Shown here piece by piece: positions 16,901-17,058 of a stretch of 17,058 nucleotides of DNA. The translations under genes and the position numbers were made by a program. The first letter of the stretch is position 1. The number at the start of each line of letters is the position of its first letter. Source of the stretch: Fidelibacterota bacterium. GTDB taxonomy: Bacteria; Fidelibacterota; Marinisomatia; Marinisomatales; UBA2128. The stretch spans positions 1 through 17,058 of the forward strand of contig JBHHUM010000047.1 in the NCBI GenBank assembly GCA_046861645.1, in the 5' to 3' direction. The notes beneath the pieces were generated by a model. The model saw only the letters and a program-made list of their open reading frames with translations, made no database searches and was not told where the DNA came from.

Positions 16901-17020
16901 CATGCTTACATTTCATTACGGTAGACCCTCACAAAAGATGGCCTGCCAACCCTCCCTCAGGTCGGAAGCAAGCTAGCGGTCGAGCAGGGAGGTTGACGGG
17001 AACGAAGTACCTCTCGTCAA
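16841..17020 (-). ncRNA. Unassigned GC-rich structured RNA candidate; strand uncertain, minus favoured
   Basis: About 57% GC by hand count (103/180), clearly above the flanks. At least five overlapping helices; most G-U pairs and the U tract fit the minus strand. Confidence 0.45.
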
Positions 17021-17058
17021 GCAGTGTTATCTTCGCTTACTACCATAACATCCAATGG
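17017..17058 (-). CDS. Possible 3' end of an upstream CDS (partial, unidentified)
   Basis: Minus frame open from the window edge: PLDVMVVSEDNTA then TGA (17019-17017). Too short to identify. Confidence 0.25.
   Translation of the reverse strand, partial: PLDVMVVSEDNTA

Noticed and set aside
16856..16960. tRNA-Sec (selC) next to the selenium genes
   Set aside because: No TCA anticodon arm or extended acceptor stem can be built around the T-loop-like motif.
16856..16997. HEARO/omega-RNA (IscB-associated) resemblance: GTCAACCTCCC...GTTGGCAGGCC...CTACC
   Set aside because: Only short motif similarity, and no iscB, tnpB or tnpA lies downstream (yqeC follows). It would need a cmsearch hit to revive.
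16856..17040. tmRNA 3' half on the minus strand (TAAGCATG, GGAC, GTTCGAGT, SEDNTA* as tag)
   Set aside because: The tag lacks the YALAA-type ending, the T-stem needs bulges, and there is no CTCCACCA acceptor end.
1..17058. CRISPR arrays, transposases, integrases, prophage or defence genes
   Set aside because: No regularly spaced direct repeats or matching ORFs were seen; nearly all coding space is explained by housekeeping and metabolic genes.

Overview
AT-rich bacterial chromosomal window, mostly core genes. An FCB-group or Marinimicrobia-like origin is a tentative inference from gene order. On the + strand: the 3' end of a probable PP2C/SpoIIE phosphatase; a lysine-catabolic pair (pcd-like ALDH7, lat); tmk; an S41 C-terminal protease; tRNA-Val(GAC); thrS-infC-rpmI-rplT; pheS-pheT; a small ZapB-like ORF missing from the ORF track; zapA; folD; tRNA-Arg(CCG). 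A convergent - strand operon, yqeC-yqeB-xdhC, encodes selenium-dependent molybdenum hydroxylase maturation factors. The most notable non-standard signals are: (1) a full-length tRNA-Val-like pseudo-tRNA with two insertions and a CGU-containing rebuilt anticodon arm in the thrS leader, a candidate ThrRS operator; (2) an in-frame TGA at codon 3 of the pcd-like gene; (3) a GC-rich, multi-hairpin, unassigned element upstream of the Se/Mo operon, crossed by a frame with two TGAs; (4) a non-canonical ATC start for infC and a PheT lacking its B2 domain. No CRISPR array, integrase or transposase is visible.
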